The position numbers and the translations under genes are program-made. 64,000 nt of DNA, taken from the NCBI GenBank assembly GCA_963847445.1, contig CAWJZV010000015.1, positions 250,761-314,760 on the forward strand, given 5' to 3'. Origin of the DNA: an uncultured delta proteobacterium (GTDB lineage Bacteria; Desulfobacterota; Binatia; UBA9968). Shown here one piece after another: positions 1 to 12,739 of the stretch (position 1 is its first letter; each line of letters opens with the position of its first letter). A model generated the notes under the pieces. The model did not search any database. It was not told the origin of the DNA and saw nothing but the letters and a program-made list of their open reading frames with translations.

Positions 1-302
1 CAGGGATAGTCAAAGGGATGGATTATGTCATCTATCAAAATCGCATGCTGAGCACGATTAAGAATAATTGGGTATGGGTGGGACCGCGCAGCAAGATCAA
101 AGTCGTAGTGCAGTTTAATATCAAAGACAGCGGCGAAATAGTCGGGCTCAAGATTGCCCAGTCATCCGGCAATTCGTCTTACGACGATTCAGTCCTGAGG
201 GCGGTGCGAAAATCGAGCCCGCTGCCAGCGCTCACGGAAAACATTCGCAATGGTTTCTCCGAAGTCGAGCTGGCATTTCGGCCGGAGGATCTGGAGGCTT
301 AA
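1..302 (+). CDS. tolA: TolA/TonB C-terminal domain protein (5' end outside window)
   Basis: C-terminal motif SSGNSSYDDSVLRAVRKSSPLP; directly upstream of tolB-pal-cpoB. Confidence 0.8.
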   Translation, partial: GIVKGMDYVIYQNRMLSTIKNNWVWVGPRSKIKVVVQFNIKDSGEIVGLKIAQSSGNSSYDDSVLRAVRKSSPLPALTENIRNGFSEVELAFRPEDLEA

Positions 303-306
303 TCGG

Positions 307-1626
307 ATGAAAGTTTTGTTCCTGGTGCTAGCGTTCATAGTCAGTTTCAATATCGAAACGGCGTTGGCGCAATTTAAAGGCGAGATCGTCGGTTCCGGCG
401 GCCAGAAGTTTCCCATTGCGGTATCGCCGCTGCGCAATACTCGGCGGGTCGACGGCTGATTCCGGCCGCTTCTCGACGGGAATCGCCGATGCCATCGTCC
501 ATGATCTGGAGCTTTCGGGCTGGTTCCGGGTAATCGATCGATCGAGTTACATCGAAAGCCCGCAAAAGAGCGGCATTACGCTCGGCACCTTCGATCTTAA
601 AGATTGGTCGACCCTCGGCGCGGAGGGATTAGTCAAGGGCGGGTTCTCGGTGCAGGGCGATGAGATCACCGTGGAGTTGCGGTTGTTCGATGTCTACCAA
701 GGCAAAGAGCGCATCGCCAAACGTTACACTGGGGGAGTGCGCCAATTTCGCCGCATCGCCCATAAATTCGTCGACGAGATTATCAACCAATTCACCGGTA
801 TTCCCGGCGTTTTCAATACCCAAATCGCCTACGTCTCCAATAGCGGCGGTCGCTTTAAAGAGATTTACTTGTCGCATCTTGACGGTAGCGAGAAGACTCA
901 GGTCACCGATAACCGGACAATCAACCTCTCGCCGTCCTGGAGCGCCAACGGCCGGTCCATTCTGTATTCATCGTTCAAGGATCGCGGTCAAACCCTCTTT
1001 CTCCGCGATCTCGACAGCGGCAAAGAAGTCAGATTCAATCCTCCCGGCGCGGGCCGGTATCTCGGCGGTAAGCTTTCTCCCGACGGCCAAATGGTGGTGG
1101 CCACCTATGAGTCGGCGGGCAACACCAATCTTTATCTGCTCGATCGCAACGGTGGCGTTATCCGGCGCTTGACCGAGGACCCTGGGATCGAGGTCTCGCC
1201 GGCTTGGTCGCCCGATGGCAAACAGGTTGTGTTCGTGTCCGACCGTAGCGGTTCGCCGCAGATTTTCGTTATCGACATTCAGGGTGGCAAGACCCGGCGG
1301 GTGACTTACAGCGGGAGTTACAACACTTCGCCCGAATGGTCTCCCAAGGGAGACCGCATCGTCTATACCGGTAGGGTCGGAAGCAAGTTTGCTATCTTTA
1401 CGATCGCCGCGGAAGGCGGCGATCCGCGCAAGCTCACGTCGGAAGCGTCAATGACAGCGAAGATCCGACTTGGTCGCCGGATGGCAGATTTATTGCGTTT
1501 TCATCAAATCGCGCCGGCAAGTACCATCTTTATGTGATGCAAGCGAGTGGTGAGAATCAACGGCGACTGACAGGCTCCGGTGGTGACGACACCAAACCGA
1601 GCTGGTCGCCGCGGCTCCTCGACTGA
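307..1626 (+). CDS. tolB: Tol-Pal beta-propeller protein TolB, two apparent frameshifts (~445-460 and ~1450)
   Basis: Signal peptide MKVLFLVLAF from ATG 307, then repeated SPxWSPDG (PD40) motifs in ORF 416-1537; last blades (DPTWSPDGRFIAFSSNR...KPSWSPRLLD*) continue in another frame to TGA 1626. Confidence 0.9.
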
Positions 1627-1674
1627 ACTATTTCTCTAAACGGTTGTGACTAAAGCAAGTTTTCGACCAATAAG

Positions 1675-2282
1675 ATGGAGGTTTCGATGACAATTCGTGG
1701 GAGAAATGCAAATTGCGGATTTTTGCTGCTTGGATTAGTTGCGCTCGGCTGTGCACCGACAGCGCCACCCAAACCCGACCCGGCGTTTACGGGGGAACCG
1801 GCTCAGCGTCGGCAAAGTCCTCCGACACTGTACGCTCCGGCGACGGTCAGCGTGGCGCTACCAAAGAGTCGGACGCGACCGCGTCGAGCCTGAAGGCGTT
1901 GCAAGAGGGCAAGCCGCCGATCACGCCGGCGTCGAGTCCCTTGAAAGACGCTTTCTTCGACTTCGACCGCTACGATCTCAGCGCTGACGCGCGCGCCGTT
2001 TTGCGCGCCAACGCCGATTGGCTTAAAGGCAATCCGTCGGTGCGGGTCGAGATAGAAGGCCACTGCGATGAGCGCGGCACCAGCGATTACAATCTAGCAT
2101 TGGGCGCGAAAAGAGCCCAGACGGCGCGGGAATACCTGGTGTCGTTGGGAATAGCGCCGGATCGTTTGTCGACAACCAGCTATGGTGAGGAAATCCCGGT
2201 ATGCCAAGAGCACTCGGAAGGCTGTTGGCGGCAAAATCGCCGGGCACGCTTTGTCGTCGTCGAACGACGCTCCACTTCTTGA
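1675..2282 (+). CDS. pal: Peptidoglycan-associated lipoprotein Pal, frameshift at the G-run ~1791-1795
   Basis: Lipobox VALGC in ORF 1675; OmpA-like domain FFDFDRY...EGHCDERGTSDYNLALGAKRA...SYGEE...NRRA in ORF 1713. Confidence 0.92.
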
Positions 2283-2285
2283 TCG

Positions 2286-3185
2286 ATGGCTATTATTATA
2301 AGGACGGCTCCATTGTTCACTTATAAATATCAAATCCTATTTGTCTTGACCGCTTTGGTGGTTGCGTCCGGCTGTGTGAACCCGCAGCAGGTAGATCTGC
2401 TCGAACGCGACCAACGGCGGCTGCGTGGCGATGTCGGTTCGATACAGTCGAATATCGGTACGATGCAGTCCGATATCGACGCGGTGCGGACAAGTTTGGC
2501 CGATACCCGGGCCAACTTACAGCAGATGCAACGCGATATCAGCGCGATTCGCGAGCGCATCGATGAAACCCGAGTGCAAGTCGGACGGCAAATCGGCCAA
2601 ACCAGCCGGGATGGCGATCAGCGGGTTAAGACTTTAGAGTCTCGTTTGCTCAAACTTGAAGAAGATGCCAAAGCCCAAGCTGAGCATTTGAAAAACCGCG
2701 AAGCCGAGATCCAGCAACTGAAGGAGGCTGCGCAAACGGCGCAAGCTGCTCAAGCCGCTCAAGCGAACGCACCGGATGGCTATGCCGAAGCGGCGCTTGG
2801 CGAGTCGGACGGGGCGCGGCGAGATTTTGACAGCGGCTGGCGTCTGTTCGAACGCAAAGATTTTCGCTCGGCGGCCGGCCGGTTTCGCGAGTTCGTGAAA
2901 AAATATCCCAAGAGCCGGATCGCGGCGAACGCGCAATATTGGCTCGGTGAATGCCACTACGGTCTCAAAGAATACGACAAGGCGATCGTTGAGTTGGACG
3001 AAGTGCGGCGCCGTTACCCGCAATCGGAGAAAGTCCCGGCGGCGCTGTTGCGGCAGGGCTTCGCCTTTGCCGAGCTCGGTGAAAAATTAAACGCCCGTTT
3101 GGTGCTGCAAGATGTCGTCGAAAAGTATTCCCAATCTCCGGAAGCGCTCAAGGCCAAGCAAAAACTCAAATCCCTCGAGTCCTAG
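2286..3185 (+). CDS. cpoB: Tol-Pal system protein YbgF/CpoB
   Basis: Lipoprotein signal, coiled coil, C-terminal TPRs (YPKS...NAQYWLGE); follows pal. Confidence 0.88.
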   Translation: MAIIIRTAPLFTYKYQILFVLTALVVASGCVNPQQVDLLERDQRRLRGDVGSIQSNIGTMQSDIDAVRTSLADTRANLQQMQRDISAIRERIDETRVQVGRQIGQTSRDGDQRVKTLESRLLKLEEDAKAQAEHLKNREAEIQQLKEAAQTAQAAQAAQANAPDGYAEAALGESDGARRDFDSGWRLFERKDFRSAAGRFREFVKKYPKSRIAANAQYWLGECHYGLKEYDKAIVELDEVRRRYPQSEKVPAALLRQGFAFAELGEKLNARLVLQDVVEKYSQSPEALKAKQKLKSLES

Positions 3186-3288
3186 CCCCTTGTCATCCGC
3201 ATAGCGCAACGAAGTGCCGCGCTATGCGCGCCTGCTTGGCGCACCGGTGTGACTCCCAGAGTGGTTCGGTGTTATTGTACGGTATACC

Positions 3289-4239
3289 ATGCAGATAATC
3301 CGTCACATCGACGATCCCGCGCTCGCCTTCGAGGGCGCCAGCGTGACTTTGGGCAACTTCGATGGCATTCACTTGGGCCATCAGGAGCTCATCAAGAATA
3401 CGGTTGACGATGCCAGGCGGCTGGGAGTGTGCTCCGCGGTGTTAACTTTCGAGCCTCATCCACTGCGCGTGCTCGCTCCCGACCGGGCGCCTAAGATGCT
3501 GCTTACCCATAAGGACAAGATGCAGCTGCTGCAAGCGCTCGGTGTCGATTGCGTGGTGATTCAACAGTTCGATCGCGCCTTTGCCGCCATTCCCGCACAG
3601 GAGTTCGTGCGCAAGTATTTGCGCGAGCGGCTGCACGCCAAGAAGGTTTGGGTCGGCAAGGATCTACGCTTTGGCAAGGGACGCGGCGGCGATATCGAGA
3701 ACTTGCGCGCCTGGGGCGCGCAATTGGAGTACGCAGTGGGCATTGTCGAGCCGGTCATGGTAGCTGGCGAGCGCGTCAGTAGCTCGCGGATTCGCGAACT
3801 CATCGGCGCCGGCGCAGTCGCCGCGGTGCAGCCGATGTTGGCGCGATACTATTTCATTTCCGGCAAGGTCGTGCCCGGTCACCGGCGCGGCCGTGAGCTC
3901 GGCTTTCCGACGGCCAACATCGTCAGCCGGGCCGAGATCGTTCCGCGCGACGGTATCTATGCGACCTTGTTCCACCTCGGCGAGAAGGTTCTGCCCAGCG
4001 TTACCAGCGTCGGGCTTAACCCTACCTTCGGCGCCGGCCCGCGCACCGTCGAGAGCTATATATTGCATTTTGATCGGGACATTTACGGCGAGTCGGTGCA
4101 GGTATCGTTCGTCGCTCGGCTCCGTGACGAATTGAACTTCGCTTCGGTGACATCGTTGATCGAGCAGATCCATGTCGATATCGCTGACGCCAAGAAAATC
4201 CTCGCAGTTCAGGGCTTTGCTGTCGACGACATAGGCTGA
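3289..4239 (+). CDS. ribF: Bifunctional riboflavin kinase/FAD synthetase
   Basis: GNFDGIHLGH, TFEPHP, VSSSRIR, GRELGFPTAN motifs. Confidence 0.96.
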   Translation: MQIIRHIDDPALAFEGASVTLGNFDGIHLGHQELIKNTVDDARRLGVCSAVLTFEPHPLRVLAPDRAPKMLLTHKDKMQLLQALGVDCVVIQQFDRAFAAIPAQEFVRKYLRERLHAKKVWVGKDLRFGKGRGGDIENLRAWGAQLEYAVGIVEPVMVAGERVSSSRIRELIGAGAVAAVQPMLARYYFISGKVVPGHRRGRELGFPTANIVSRAEIVPRDGIYATLFHLGEKVLPSVTSVGLNPTFGAGPRTVESYILHFDRDIYGESVQVSFVARLRDELNFASVTSLIEQIHVDIADAKKILAVQGFAVDDIG

Positions 4240-4254
4240 CGCAAAATCTTAAGC

Positions 4255-5319
4255 ATGGGATTGGCACGATTCACGATTGGGGTCGAGACGGCGGGCATGC
4301 GCTTGGATGTGTTCGTCGCGCGCCACTATGCCGCGCCGGCAGCAGCCGAGGCAATGAGCCGTGCCGGGGTACAGAAGCTTATCGATGTCGGTCAGGTGAC
4401 CGTCAACGGTGCGCGCATGAAGTCCAGTGTCCGGGTGAAATTGGCCGACCGTATCGAGATTCACATCCCGGCCGTGCGTGAGATCGGTTTGATCGCTGAG
4501 GATTTGCCTTTGACGATTCTCTATGAAGATCAAGATATTATTGTAATTCACAAAGCCGCTGGCATGGTCGTTCACCCCGCGGCGGGGCGTACGAGTGGCA
4601 CATTGGTCAACGCAATCTTGCACCATTGCCCGGCGATCGCGGGTATTGGCGGTGAGCGGCGGCCGGGGATCGTGCATCGTCTCGATAAGGACACGTCGGG
4701 TGTGATGGTGGTTGCCAAAAACGATTTGGCGATGCGCAGTTTGGTGGATCAATTCAAGGGCCGCACGGTGCGCAAAGAATATATTGCGCTGGTACATGGG
4801 CGCATGGCAGGGGAGCGGGGCGAGATTGACCGGGCCATCGGCCGCCATCGCAGCGATCGGAAACGGATGTCGAGTCTGCGCGTCCTCGGTAAGAGCCGTG
4901 AAGCTACGACTGAGTGGATCGTTGAGAGTCGATACGCCGTGCCGCTGGCGGACCGGGGGGTCGCTTGGTACTGTTTGATCCGTCTGTTTCCCCGCACCGG
5001 TCGCACGCATCAGATCCGCGTTCACCTCGCCGATCTTGGCCATCCTTTGGTTGGCGATCGAGTCTACGGTCGCCGTCGGACTGCGGCGCCACAAAATGAA
5101 TTATTCGGCGCAGGCATCGACGGCTTCTTGCGCCACGCGCTGCACGCCGAGAAGTTGAGCTTCGATCATGTGCGCAGCGGCGAACGGCTGGAGTTTCGCG
5201 CGCCTCTAGCCGACGACCTAGTGAACTTGGTTCAATCGCTCGAAAACCACGCGGTATCCAGCGAATCGGTCCGGGTGAAATCTTCGCGGCCAACTGGGTT
5301 GACAAGATTCGGAGTTTAA
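4255..5319 (+). CDS. rluD: RluA-family 23S rRNA pseudouridine synthase
   Basis: N-terminal S4 domain, HRLDKDTSG, TGRTHQIRVH. Confidence 0.9.
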   Translation: MGLARFTIGVETAGMRLDVFVARHYAAPAAAEAMSRAGVQKLIDVGQVTVNGARMKSSVRVKLADRIEIHIPAVREIGLIAEDLPLTILYEDQDIIVIHKAAGMVVHPAAGRTSGTLVNAILHHCPAIAGIGGERRPGIVHRLDKDTSGVMVVAKNDLAMRSLVDQFKGRTVRKEYIALVHGRMAGERGEIDRAIGRHRSDRKRMSSLRVLGKSREATTEWIVESRYAVPLADRGVAWYCLIRLFPRTGRTHQIRVHLADLGHPLVGDRVYGRRRTAAPQNELFGAGIDGFLRHALHAEKLSFDHVRSGERLEFRAPLADDLVNLVQSLENHAVSSESVRVKSSRPTGLTRFGV

Positions 5320-5327
5320 AATACTAT
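5299..5327 (+). promoter_or_regulatory. Sigma70 promoter for rho
   Basis: TTGACA(5299-5304)-N17-TACTAT(5322-5327). Confidence 0.75.
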
Positions 5328-5638
5328 TATTTCACCGAGGATCAGTTCAGCAACTCTTTTTGATCGTCCCCGCGCCATAAAAATATTCGTTCGCAGCTTA
5401 TCGATCAGAGCTTATTTTGTTTTTCAAAAAAGAGATTCTTGTCTGCGTTTAGTAGTTTGTCCCACGGACGCACTTGCCTGTGCAGCTGCGTCCGGCGCCA
5501 GCGTTGACTCGTTGCCATTGAAGTTTCGTGCAGCCACTGGCGTCTTCGGTGCTTGAATTTCCCAGCAAGCGACTGTTTAGACCTGATTGCGTCAAAAGTG
5601 GATTACAGCTTTGAGTGTTGAAAGGAGAGGCATAGTGT

Positions 5639-6964
5639 ATGGTGCGTGGTAGAACTCGATCCGCCGAGCCGGAGACCGAAGAAGAAATCGTCAAAGAAGT
5701 TGTCAAAGATAATGGGTTGAATCTCAAAGCCCTCAAGGAAAAGAAGATCGGCGATCTTGCGCTGATCGGCAAAACTTTTAATATCGAGGGCGCCGCCAAT
5801 ATGCGCAAACAGGATCTGATTTTTGCGATCCTGCAGGCGCAGACCGAGCAAAACGGTCATGTCTACGGTGAGGGTGTGTTGGAAACCCTACCCGATGGTT
5901 TCGGCTTTCTGCGCGCCCCCGATTATAACTATCTGCCTGGACCAGACGATATTTATGTTTCCCCCAGTCAGATTCGTCGCTTCAGTTTGCGCACCGGCGA
6001 TATCATTTCCGGTCATATTCGACCGCCCAAGGAAGGCGAACGTTATTTCGCCTTACTCAAGGTCGAAACGATCAATTATGAAGACCCTGAACGCGCCCGG
6101 GAAAAAATTCTTTTCGACAACCTGACGCCGCTTTATCCCAACGAGCGTTTGTGTTTAGAAAATCAGCCTACCGACTACACTACCCGAATCGTCGATTTGT
6201 TGGTGCCTATCGGTAAGGGGCAACGTGGTTTAATCGTGGCCGCGCCGCGCACCGGCAAAACCATGATGTTGCAGCATATCGCCAAAGCGATAGCGCATAA
6301 TCATCCAGAGGTGGTGTTGATCGTCCTGTTGATCGACGAGCGGCCGGAAGAGGTCACCGACATGCAGCGCTCCGTCAATGGCGAGGTGATCAGCTCGACC
6401 TTCGACGAGCCGGCGACGCGCCATGTGCAAGTGGCTGAGATGGTGATCGAGAAAGCCAAGCGCTTGGTTGAGCATGGCAAAGACGTGGTGATCTTGCTCG
6501 ATAGTATCACTCGCTTGGCGCGTGCCTATAACACCGTCGTGCCGCCAAGTGGGAAGATCCTCTCCGGTGGTGTCGACTCGAATGCGCTGCATAAACCCAA
6601 GAAATTCTTCGGTGCCGCCCGTAATATCGAAGACGGTGGCAGTTTAACCATCATCGCCACGGCCTTGATCGATACGGGTAGCCGCATGGATGAAGTGATC
6701 TTTGAAGAATTCAAAGGCACCGGCAACATGGAAGTCCATTTGGACCGGCGCTTGATGGATAAGCGGGTGTTCCCGGCCATCGATATCAATAAGTCGGGAA
6801 CTCGCAAAGAAGAATTGCTGATTCCGCGAGAAGATCTCAATCGTATTTGGATACTGCGCAAAGTCTTGTCGCAGTTGAGCGTCGTCGAATCGATGGAATT
6901 CCTGCTCGATAAGATGCATGGCAGCAAGACTAACAAAGATTTTCTCGATTCGATGAATCAATAA
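5639..6964 (+). CDS. rho: Transcription termination factor Rho
   Basis: [36 protein letters not shown]. Confidence 0.99.
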   Translation: MVRGRTRSAEPETEEEIVKEVVKDNGLNLKALKEKKIGDLALIGKTFNIEGAANMRKQDLIFAILQAQTEQNGHVYGEGVLETLPDGFGFLRAPDYNYLPGPDDIYVSPSQIRRFSLRTGDIISGHIRPPKEGERYFALLKVETINYEDPERAREKILFDNLTPLYPNERLCLENQPTDYTTRIVDLLVPIGKGQRGLIVAAPRTGKTMMLQHIAKAIAHNHPEVVLIVLLIDERPEEVTDMQRSVNGEVISSTFDEPATRHVQVAEMVIEKAKRLVEHGKDVVILLDSITRLARAYNTVVPPSGKILSGGVDSNALHKPKKFFGAARNIEDGGSLTIIATALIDTGSRMDEVIFEEFKGTGNMEVHLDRRLMDKRVFPAIDINKSGTRKEELLIPREDLNRIWILRKVLSQLSVVESMEFLLDKMHGSKTNKDFLDSMNQ

Positions 6965-7108
6965 TAGCGATCGCGCCGGTCGTCAAACTTGCGTCATTGG
7001 GCGTTCTCTGTTAAAACCCGGAGCATTGCGTCATTTGTGTCGTCCTTAGGATCTTGAGCGCTTGCCCGCCTGGAAACGTTCTCGATCCGAAGGTTTTATC
7101 AATTCACT

Positions 7109-7186
7109 ACACACCCTTGCCGATCGTTATCGCGGTGCCTAAGAACTAGGTGCGGTGGCGAAAAGACGCGAGGGGAGGGAAAACCA
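7109..7186 (+). promoter_or_regulatory. rpsB leader (S2 autoregulatory RNA element)
   Basis: ACACAC...GGTGCC...GGAGG...AACC landmarks as in the proteobacterial rpsB leader; stems CGTTATCGC/GCGGTGGCG and CCCTTGC/GCGAGGG; directly upstream of rpsB. Confidence 0.7.
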
Positions 7187-7198
7187 CGGGAGAGCAGT

Positions 7199-7975
7199 AT
7201 GGCAGAGATTACAATGAAACAGTTGCTGGAGGCCGGTGTCCATTTTGGCCACCAGACCAGCCGGTGGAACCCGAAGATGAAACCTTACATCTTCGGTGCG
7301 CGCAATGGCATTCACATCATCGATCTGCAGCAGACGGTGTCGATGTTCAAGGATCTCGAAGCGGTGGTGCGCGACCTGGCGGCTTCCGGCGGCCATGTGC
7401 TGTTTGTCGGCACTAAGAAACAAGCCCAGGATGCGATCCGCGAAGAAGCGACCCGCTGCGGCATGTACTATGTCCACAACCGCTGGCTCGGCGGTACGCT
7501 GACCAACTTTACGACGATTCGCCAGAGCATCGAACGATTGCGTAAGATCGAAGAGATGGAGAATGATCCTAAGGTCGTCGATGCGCTAACCAAGAAAGAA
7601 ATGCTCGGTCTCAGCCGTGAAAAAGACAAGCTGGAGCAGTCGCTGGGTGGGATCAAGGCGATGAAGAAACTGCCCGACGCAATTTTTGTCATCGATCCAA
7701 AACAAGAAGAAATCGCCGTCAAAGAAGCACGTAAGCTCGGTGTTCCAGTGATCGCGGTGATCGACAGTAATTGCGATCCAGATATGATCGATTACAAGGT
7801 GCCCGGCAATGACGACGCGATCCGGGCGATTCGATTGTTCTGCTCGGCGATCGCCGAGGCGGTGATCGAAGGGCGAACGATGTACGAGCAATCCTTAGTA
7901 AAGGACAAGGTCGATGACCGGCAGGGTAGCGATGGCGCCGCGGCGACGATGGAAAGCGCGGTCGGAGGAGTTTAG
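7199..7975 (+). CDS. rpsB: 30S ribosomal protein S2
   Basis: [37 protein letters not shown]. Confidence 0.99.
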   Translation: MAEITMKQLLEAGVHFGHQTSRWNPKMKPYIFGARNGIHIIDLQQTVSMFKDLEAVVRDLAASGGHVLFVGTKKQAQDAIREEATRCGMYYVHNRWLGGTLTNFTTIRQSIERLRKIEEMENDPKVVDALTKKEMLGLSREKDKLEQSLGGIKAMKKLPDAIFVIDPKQEEIAVKEARKLGVPVIAVIDSNCDPDMIDYKVPGNDDAIRAIRLFCSAIAEAVIEGRTMYEQSLVKDKVDDRQGSDGAAATMESAVGGV

Positions 7976-7980
7976 GCGAC

Positions 7981-8589
7981 ATGGAAGTGACAGCGAGTTT
8001 AGTCAAAGAGCTTCGGGAAAAAACCGGAGCCGGTATGATGGATTGTAAAAAAGCTCTTGCCGAGACCGCTGGAGATTTGTCAAAGGCGGTCGATTATTTG
8101 CGTCAAAAGGGGTTGGCCGCGGCGGCAAAGAAAGCCGATCGCGTGGCTACGGATGGCGCCATCGGCGCTTATGTCCATGCCGGCGGCAAGCTTGGCGTCT
8201 TGGTCGAAATCAATTGCGAGACCGATTTCGTCGCCCGCACCGCGGAGTTCCAAAGTTTGCTGAAGGATGTCGCCATGCAAGTCGCGGCGACCAATCCGCG
8301 ATGCGTGCGCCGTGAGGAAGTCTCAGCCGACGAATTCGAGCGCGAAAAGGTTATCTATCGCCAACAAGCGCTGGAGTCGGGCAAGCCGGAAAAAGTCATC
8401 GAGATGATTGTCCAGGGCAAGATGGAGAAGTTTTACTCTGAAGTCTGCTTGCTGGAACAGTCGTTTGTTAAAGATCCCGATAAGAAAGTCATTGATGTCG
8501 TCAACGATGCGATCGCGCGATTGGGAGAGAATATTCAGGTGCGCCGCTTTGCCCGCTATCACCTTGGCGAAGGGGTGGCGAAGGGCTAG
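7981..8589 (+). CDS. tsf: Elongation factor Ts (short form)
   Basis: [28 protein letters not shown]. Confidence 0.99.
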   Translation: MEVTASLVKELREKTGAGMMDCKKALAETAGDLSKAVDYLRQKGLAAAAKKADRVATDGAIGAYVHAGGKLGVLVEINCETDFVARTAEFQSLLKDVAMQVAATNPRCVRREEVSADEFEREKVIYRQQALESGKPEKVIEMIVQGKMEKFYSEVCLLEQSFVKDPDKKVIDVVNDAIARLGENIQVRRFARYHLGEGVAKG

Positions 8590-8596
8590 CGCTTAG

Positions 8597-9894
<1,298 letters not shown>

Positions 9895-9914
9895 CCCTAC
9901 ATCGCAATATTGCC

Positions 9915-10778
9915 TTGCCTTCCCTGTGCCCTATCCAACGTCACCCTCTCGACGATATTTTCTCATTTACCGATGAACGCTTATCTAGGCAGGCTGTCGT
10001 GGAGTTAGACGGTGTCGATAAGAGTCGTTTGCCGCAACATGTCGCCATCATCATGGACGGCAATGGGCGCTGGGCAACCCAACGGCATAAGCATCGCATT
10101 GAAGGCCATCGGCGCGGTAAAACCTCGGTGCGCGTCATCGTCGAGATGAGCCGAAAGATCGGCATCCGTTACCTTTCCCTCTACGCTTTTTCCACCGAAA
10201 ATTGGTTGCGTCCCGATGACGAGGTCGAGGCCCTGATGGGGTTGTTGGAACATTATCTCGTAGCGGAGCAGGCCAAGATGATGCGTTATGGAATTCGCCT
10301 GCTCACTGTGGGCGACCGCAGCCGGCTGCCCGCTGGCGTGCGGCGCACCCTGGAGAGCGTCCTTGCAACCACGGCAAACAACCAGCGCATGACCGTCGTC
10401 CTGGCACTCAGTTATAGCGGCCGCGATGACATCGTGCGTATGGCCAGAAACTTGGCGCAGCAGGTGAAAACCGGCCAGTGTCAGCCGGAGGCCGTCGATG
10501 AGCAGTGGATTTCCTCCCAGCTCGACACCGCGGGGGTGCCCGATCCCGATCTCTTGATTCGCACTAGCGGCGAGATGCGTATCAGCAATTTTTATCTCTG
10601 GCAGATCGCTTACAGCGAGCTTTATATCACGCCGACACTGTGGCCGGATTTTCGTGAAAAGGAATATCTCCAAGCGCTGCTCGATTATCAACGGCGGCGC
10701 CGCCGTTTTGGCCGTACCGACGAACAACTGGCGCAAAACCCGATGGCCGCGATGGGGGCGGGTGGACCGAAATCTTAA
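9915..10778 (+). CDS. uppS: Undecaprenyl diphosphate synthase (true start probably GTG ~9999)
   Basis: HVAIIMDGNGRWA, YAFSTENW, IRTSGEMRISNF. Confidence 0.97.
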   Translation: MPSLCPIQRHPLDDIFSFTDERLSRQAVVELDGVDKSRLPQHVAIIMDGNGRWATQRHKHRIEGHRRGKTSVRVIVEMSRKIGIRYLSLYAFSTENWLRPDDEVEALMGLLEHYLVAEQAKMMRYGIRLLTVGDRSRLPAGVRRTLESVLATTANNQRMTVVLALSYSGRDDIVRMARNLAQQVKTGQCQPEAVDEQWISSQLDTAGVPDPDLLIRTSGEMRISNFYLWQIAYSELYITPTLWPDFREKEYLQALLDYQRRRRRFGRTDEQLAQNPMAAMGAGGPKS

Positions 10779-11568
10779 AGCGCGGTTTGCCACTGCCGCT
10801 GTCGGGCTGCCGCTTTTGGGCTGGTTGGTTGGCTGGGGTGCGCCATGGCTTTTCTCGCTAACCTTTTTTGTGCTCACCGTTGCAGCGTTGCAAGAATACT
10901 TCGCGATGATCTGGCCCGGCGATCCTGGGCTGCAGTGGCGCGGCATTCTGTTCGGTAGCGCCGTCGGTCTGACCGTCATGCTAATTCCCACGACTGCTTC
11001 GGCTCTCTGTCTAAGTGTGCTCTTGCTGCTATTGTTCGCCAGCACGTTATGGTCCGGCGGCTCGCTTGCGGAGCGCTTCAACCGGCTTGGTTGGACGTTG
11101 TTGGGTGGATTATACATCGGTTTTTTAGTGCCGCATTTGGCGCTGCTATTTCAGCTCAAAGATGGCCGTGGCTGGGTGGCTTTTGTCTTCGTTGTCATTA
11201 TGGCCGGAGATTCCTCGGCTTATTTCATCGGCAAACATTTCGGCAAGCGGAAGCTGGCGCCGGAGTTGAGTCCGAGTAAAACCGTCGAAGGCGCGATCGC
11301 CTATCTGATCGGTAGCGTTGTCATTGGCGTGCTTGCCATGACGGTATTATCGTTACCAGTGGGAATGTTCGAAATTGTCTTGCTCTCGCTAGTCCTCAGT
11401 GTCCTCGGCCAGATCGGCGATCTTTTTGAGTCTTTGATCAAGCGCGCGTTCGCCGTCAAGGACTCCGGTGAGCTATTGCCGGGCCATGGCGGAGTTTTGG
11501 ATCGTCTCGATAGTTTGATTTTTCCGGTAGTCTTCGCGACATTCTATTTAAAGGTGATTCATCCATGA
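10654..11568 (+). CDS. cdsA: Phosphatidate cytidylyltransferase (true start probably ~10762)
   Basis: SPSKTVEG, GDLFESLIKR...KDSGELLPGHGGVLDRLDS. Confidence 0.96.
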   Translation: MKRNISKRCSIINGGAAVLAVPTNNWRKTRWPRWGRVDRNLKARFATAAVGLPLLGWLVGWGAPWLFSLTFFVLTVAALQEYFAMIWPGDPGLQWRGILFGSAVGLTVMLIPTTASALCLSVLLLLLFASTLWSGGSLAERFNRLGWTLLGGLYIGFLVPHLALLFQLKDGRGWVAFVFVVIMAGDSSAYFIGKHFGKRKLAPELSPSKTVEGAIAYLIGSVVIGVLAMTVLSLPVGMFEIVLLSLVLSVLGQIGDLFESLIKRAFAVKDSGELLPGHGGVLDRLDSLIFPVVFATFYLKVIHP

Positions 11569-12713
11569 GAACAATCGCGCTGCTGGGTTCCACCGGTTCG
11601 ATCGGTGTTAGCACTTTGGCGCTGGTCCGCGAATTTCCCGAACGCTTCGAAATCCACGGCATGGTGGCAGGCCGCAATGTGGCGCTGCTGGCCCGGCAAA
11701 TAAAAGAATTTTCCCCGGCGGTGGTGGCCATTGAGCGCGCGGAAGATATCGCGTCACTGAGCAAATTAGTAGGCAAACATAAAGTCGAAATCTTATCTGG
11801 CCAGGCCGGGGCCAGCGCCGTGGCCACCGCCGCTAAAGTCGATGTCGTGTTGGCGGCGATCGTTGGCGGCGCCGGCTTGATGCCGACGCTACAGGGAGTT
11901 TTAGCTGGCAAAGAAATCGCCCTGGCCAACAAAGAAGCGTTGGTCATGGCCGGCGAGTTGTTCGTCAAGGCGGCCAAGAAAACGGGCGTGCGGCTCTTGC
12001 CGGTGGATAGCGAGCACAGCGCGATCTTTCAGTGCCTGCAAGGCAACCAGCGCGGCGACGTCGACAAGCTCATCTTGACCGCGTCGGGCGGGCCGTTCCT
12101 GCACACGCCGCTCAATCGCCTGGCCAAAGTCTCGATAAATCAGGCGCTCAAGCATCCCAATTGGAAAATGGGCCGGAAAATCACCATCGATTCGGCGACG
12201 ATGATGAACAAAGGGCTGGAAGTCGTCGAGGCACGCTGGGAATTCGACATGGAGCCCGGCGGTATCCAAGTGGTGATCCATCCGCAGAGCGTGGTCCATT
12301 CGATGGTGCGTTATCAGGACGGCGCGATTATGGCGCAACTGGGCATTGCCGACATGCGCATACCGATCGCTTACGCGTTGGCCTATCCGCACCGTCTCAA
12401 GGGCAGTTGGGAGCCACTCGATTTGACCGAGCACGGCGAGCTCAACTTCCTCCCGGTGGAGAAAAAGCGCTTTCCCGCTCTCGCATTGGCCTACGGTGCG
12501 TTACGCGAGGGCGGCACCATGCCCACCGTGCTTAATGCCGCGAACGAAGTGGCGGTGGCGGCTTTTTTAGCGGGTAGGATAGGATTTCGCGAAATTCATC
12601 GTATAATTGAGCGAACCATGCAGCGCCATCAAACTACGCATGCCAAGAACGTCGAAGACGTCATCGACGTCGACCGCTGGGCGCGCGAGGTCGCATCGGC
12701 CTACGTCGATTAA
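11565..12713 (+). CDS. dxr: 1-deoxy-D-xylulose-5-phosphate reductoisomerase
   Basis: GSTGSIG, LANKE, PVDSEHSAIFQ, HPNWKMGRKITIDSATMMNKGLE. Confidence 0.99.
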   Translation: MRTIALLGSTGSIGVSTLALVREFPERFEIHGMVAGRNVALLARQIKEFSPAVVAIERAEDIASLSKLVGKHKVEILSGQAGASAVATAAKVDVVLAAIVGGAGLMPTLQGVLAGKEIALANKEALVMAGELFVKAAKKTGVRLLPVDSEHSAIFQCLQGNQRGDVDKLILTASGGPFLHTPLNRLAKVSINQALKHPNWKMGRKITIDSATMMNKGLEVVEARWEFDMEPGGIQVVIHPQSVVHSMVRYQDGAIMAQLGIADMRIPIAYALAYPHRLKGSWEPLDLTEHGELNFLPVEKKRFPALALAYGALREGGTMPTVLNAANEVAVAAFLAGRIGFREIHRIIERTMQRHQTTHAKNVEDVIDVDRWAREVASAYVD

Positions 12714-12739
12714 TCGAGTCTAGCTAAAGGAGTATCGCG

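Noticed and set aside
1785-1800. Programmed frameshift or phase variation at the pal G-run and other indels
   Set aside because: Runs are short, indels are numerous and hit envelope genes; sequencing error is simpler.
3198-3228. 10-bp hairpin after cpoB
   Set aside because: No U-tract and no second copy; function cannot be supported.
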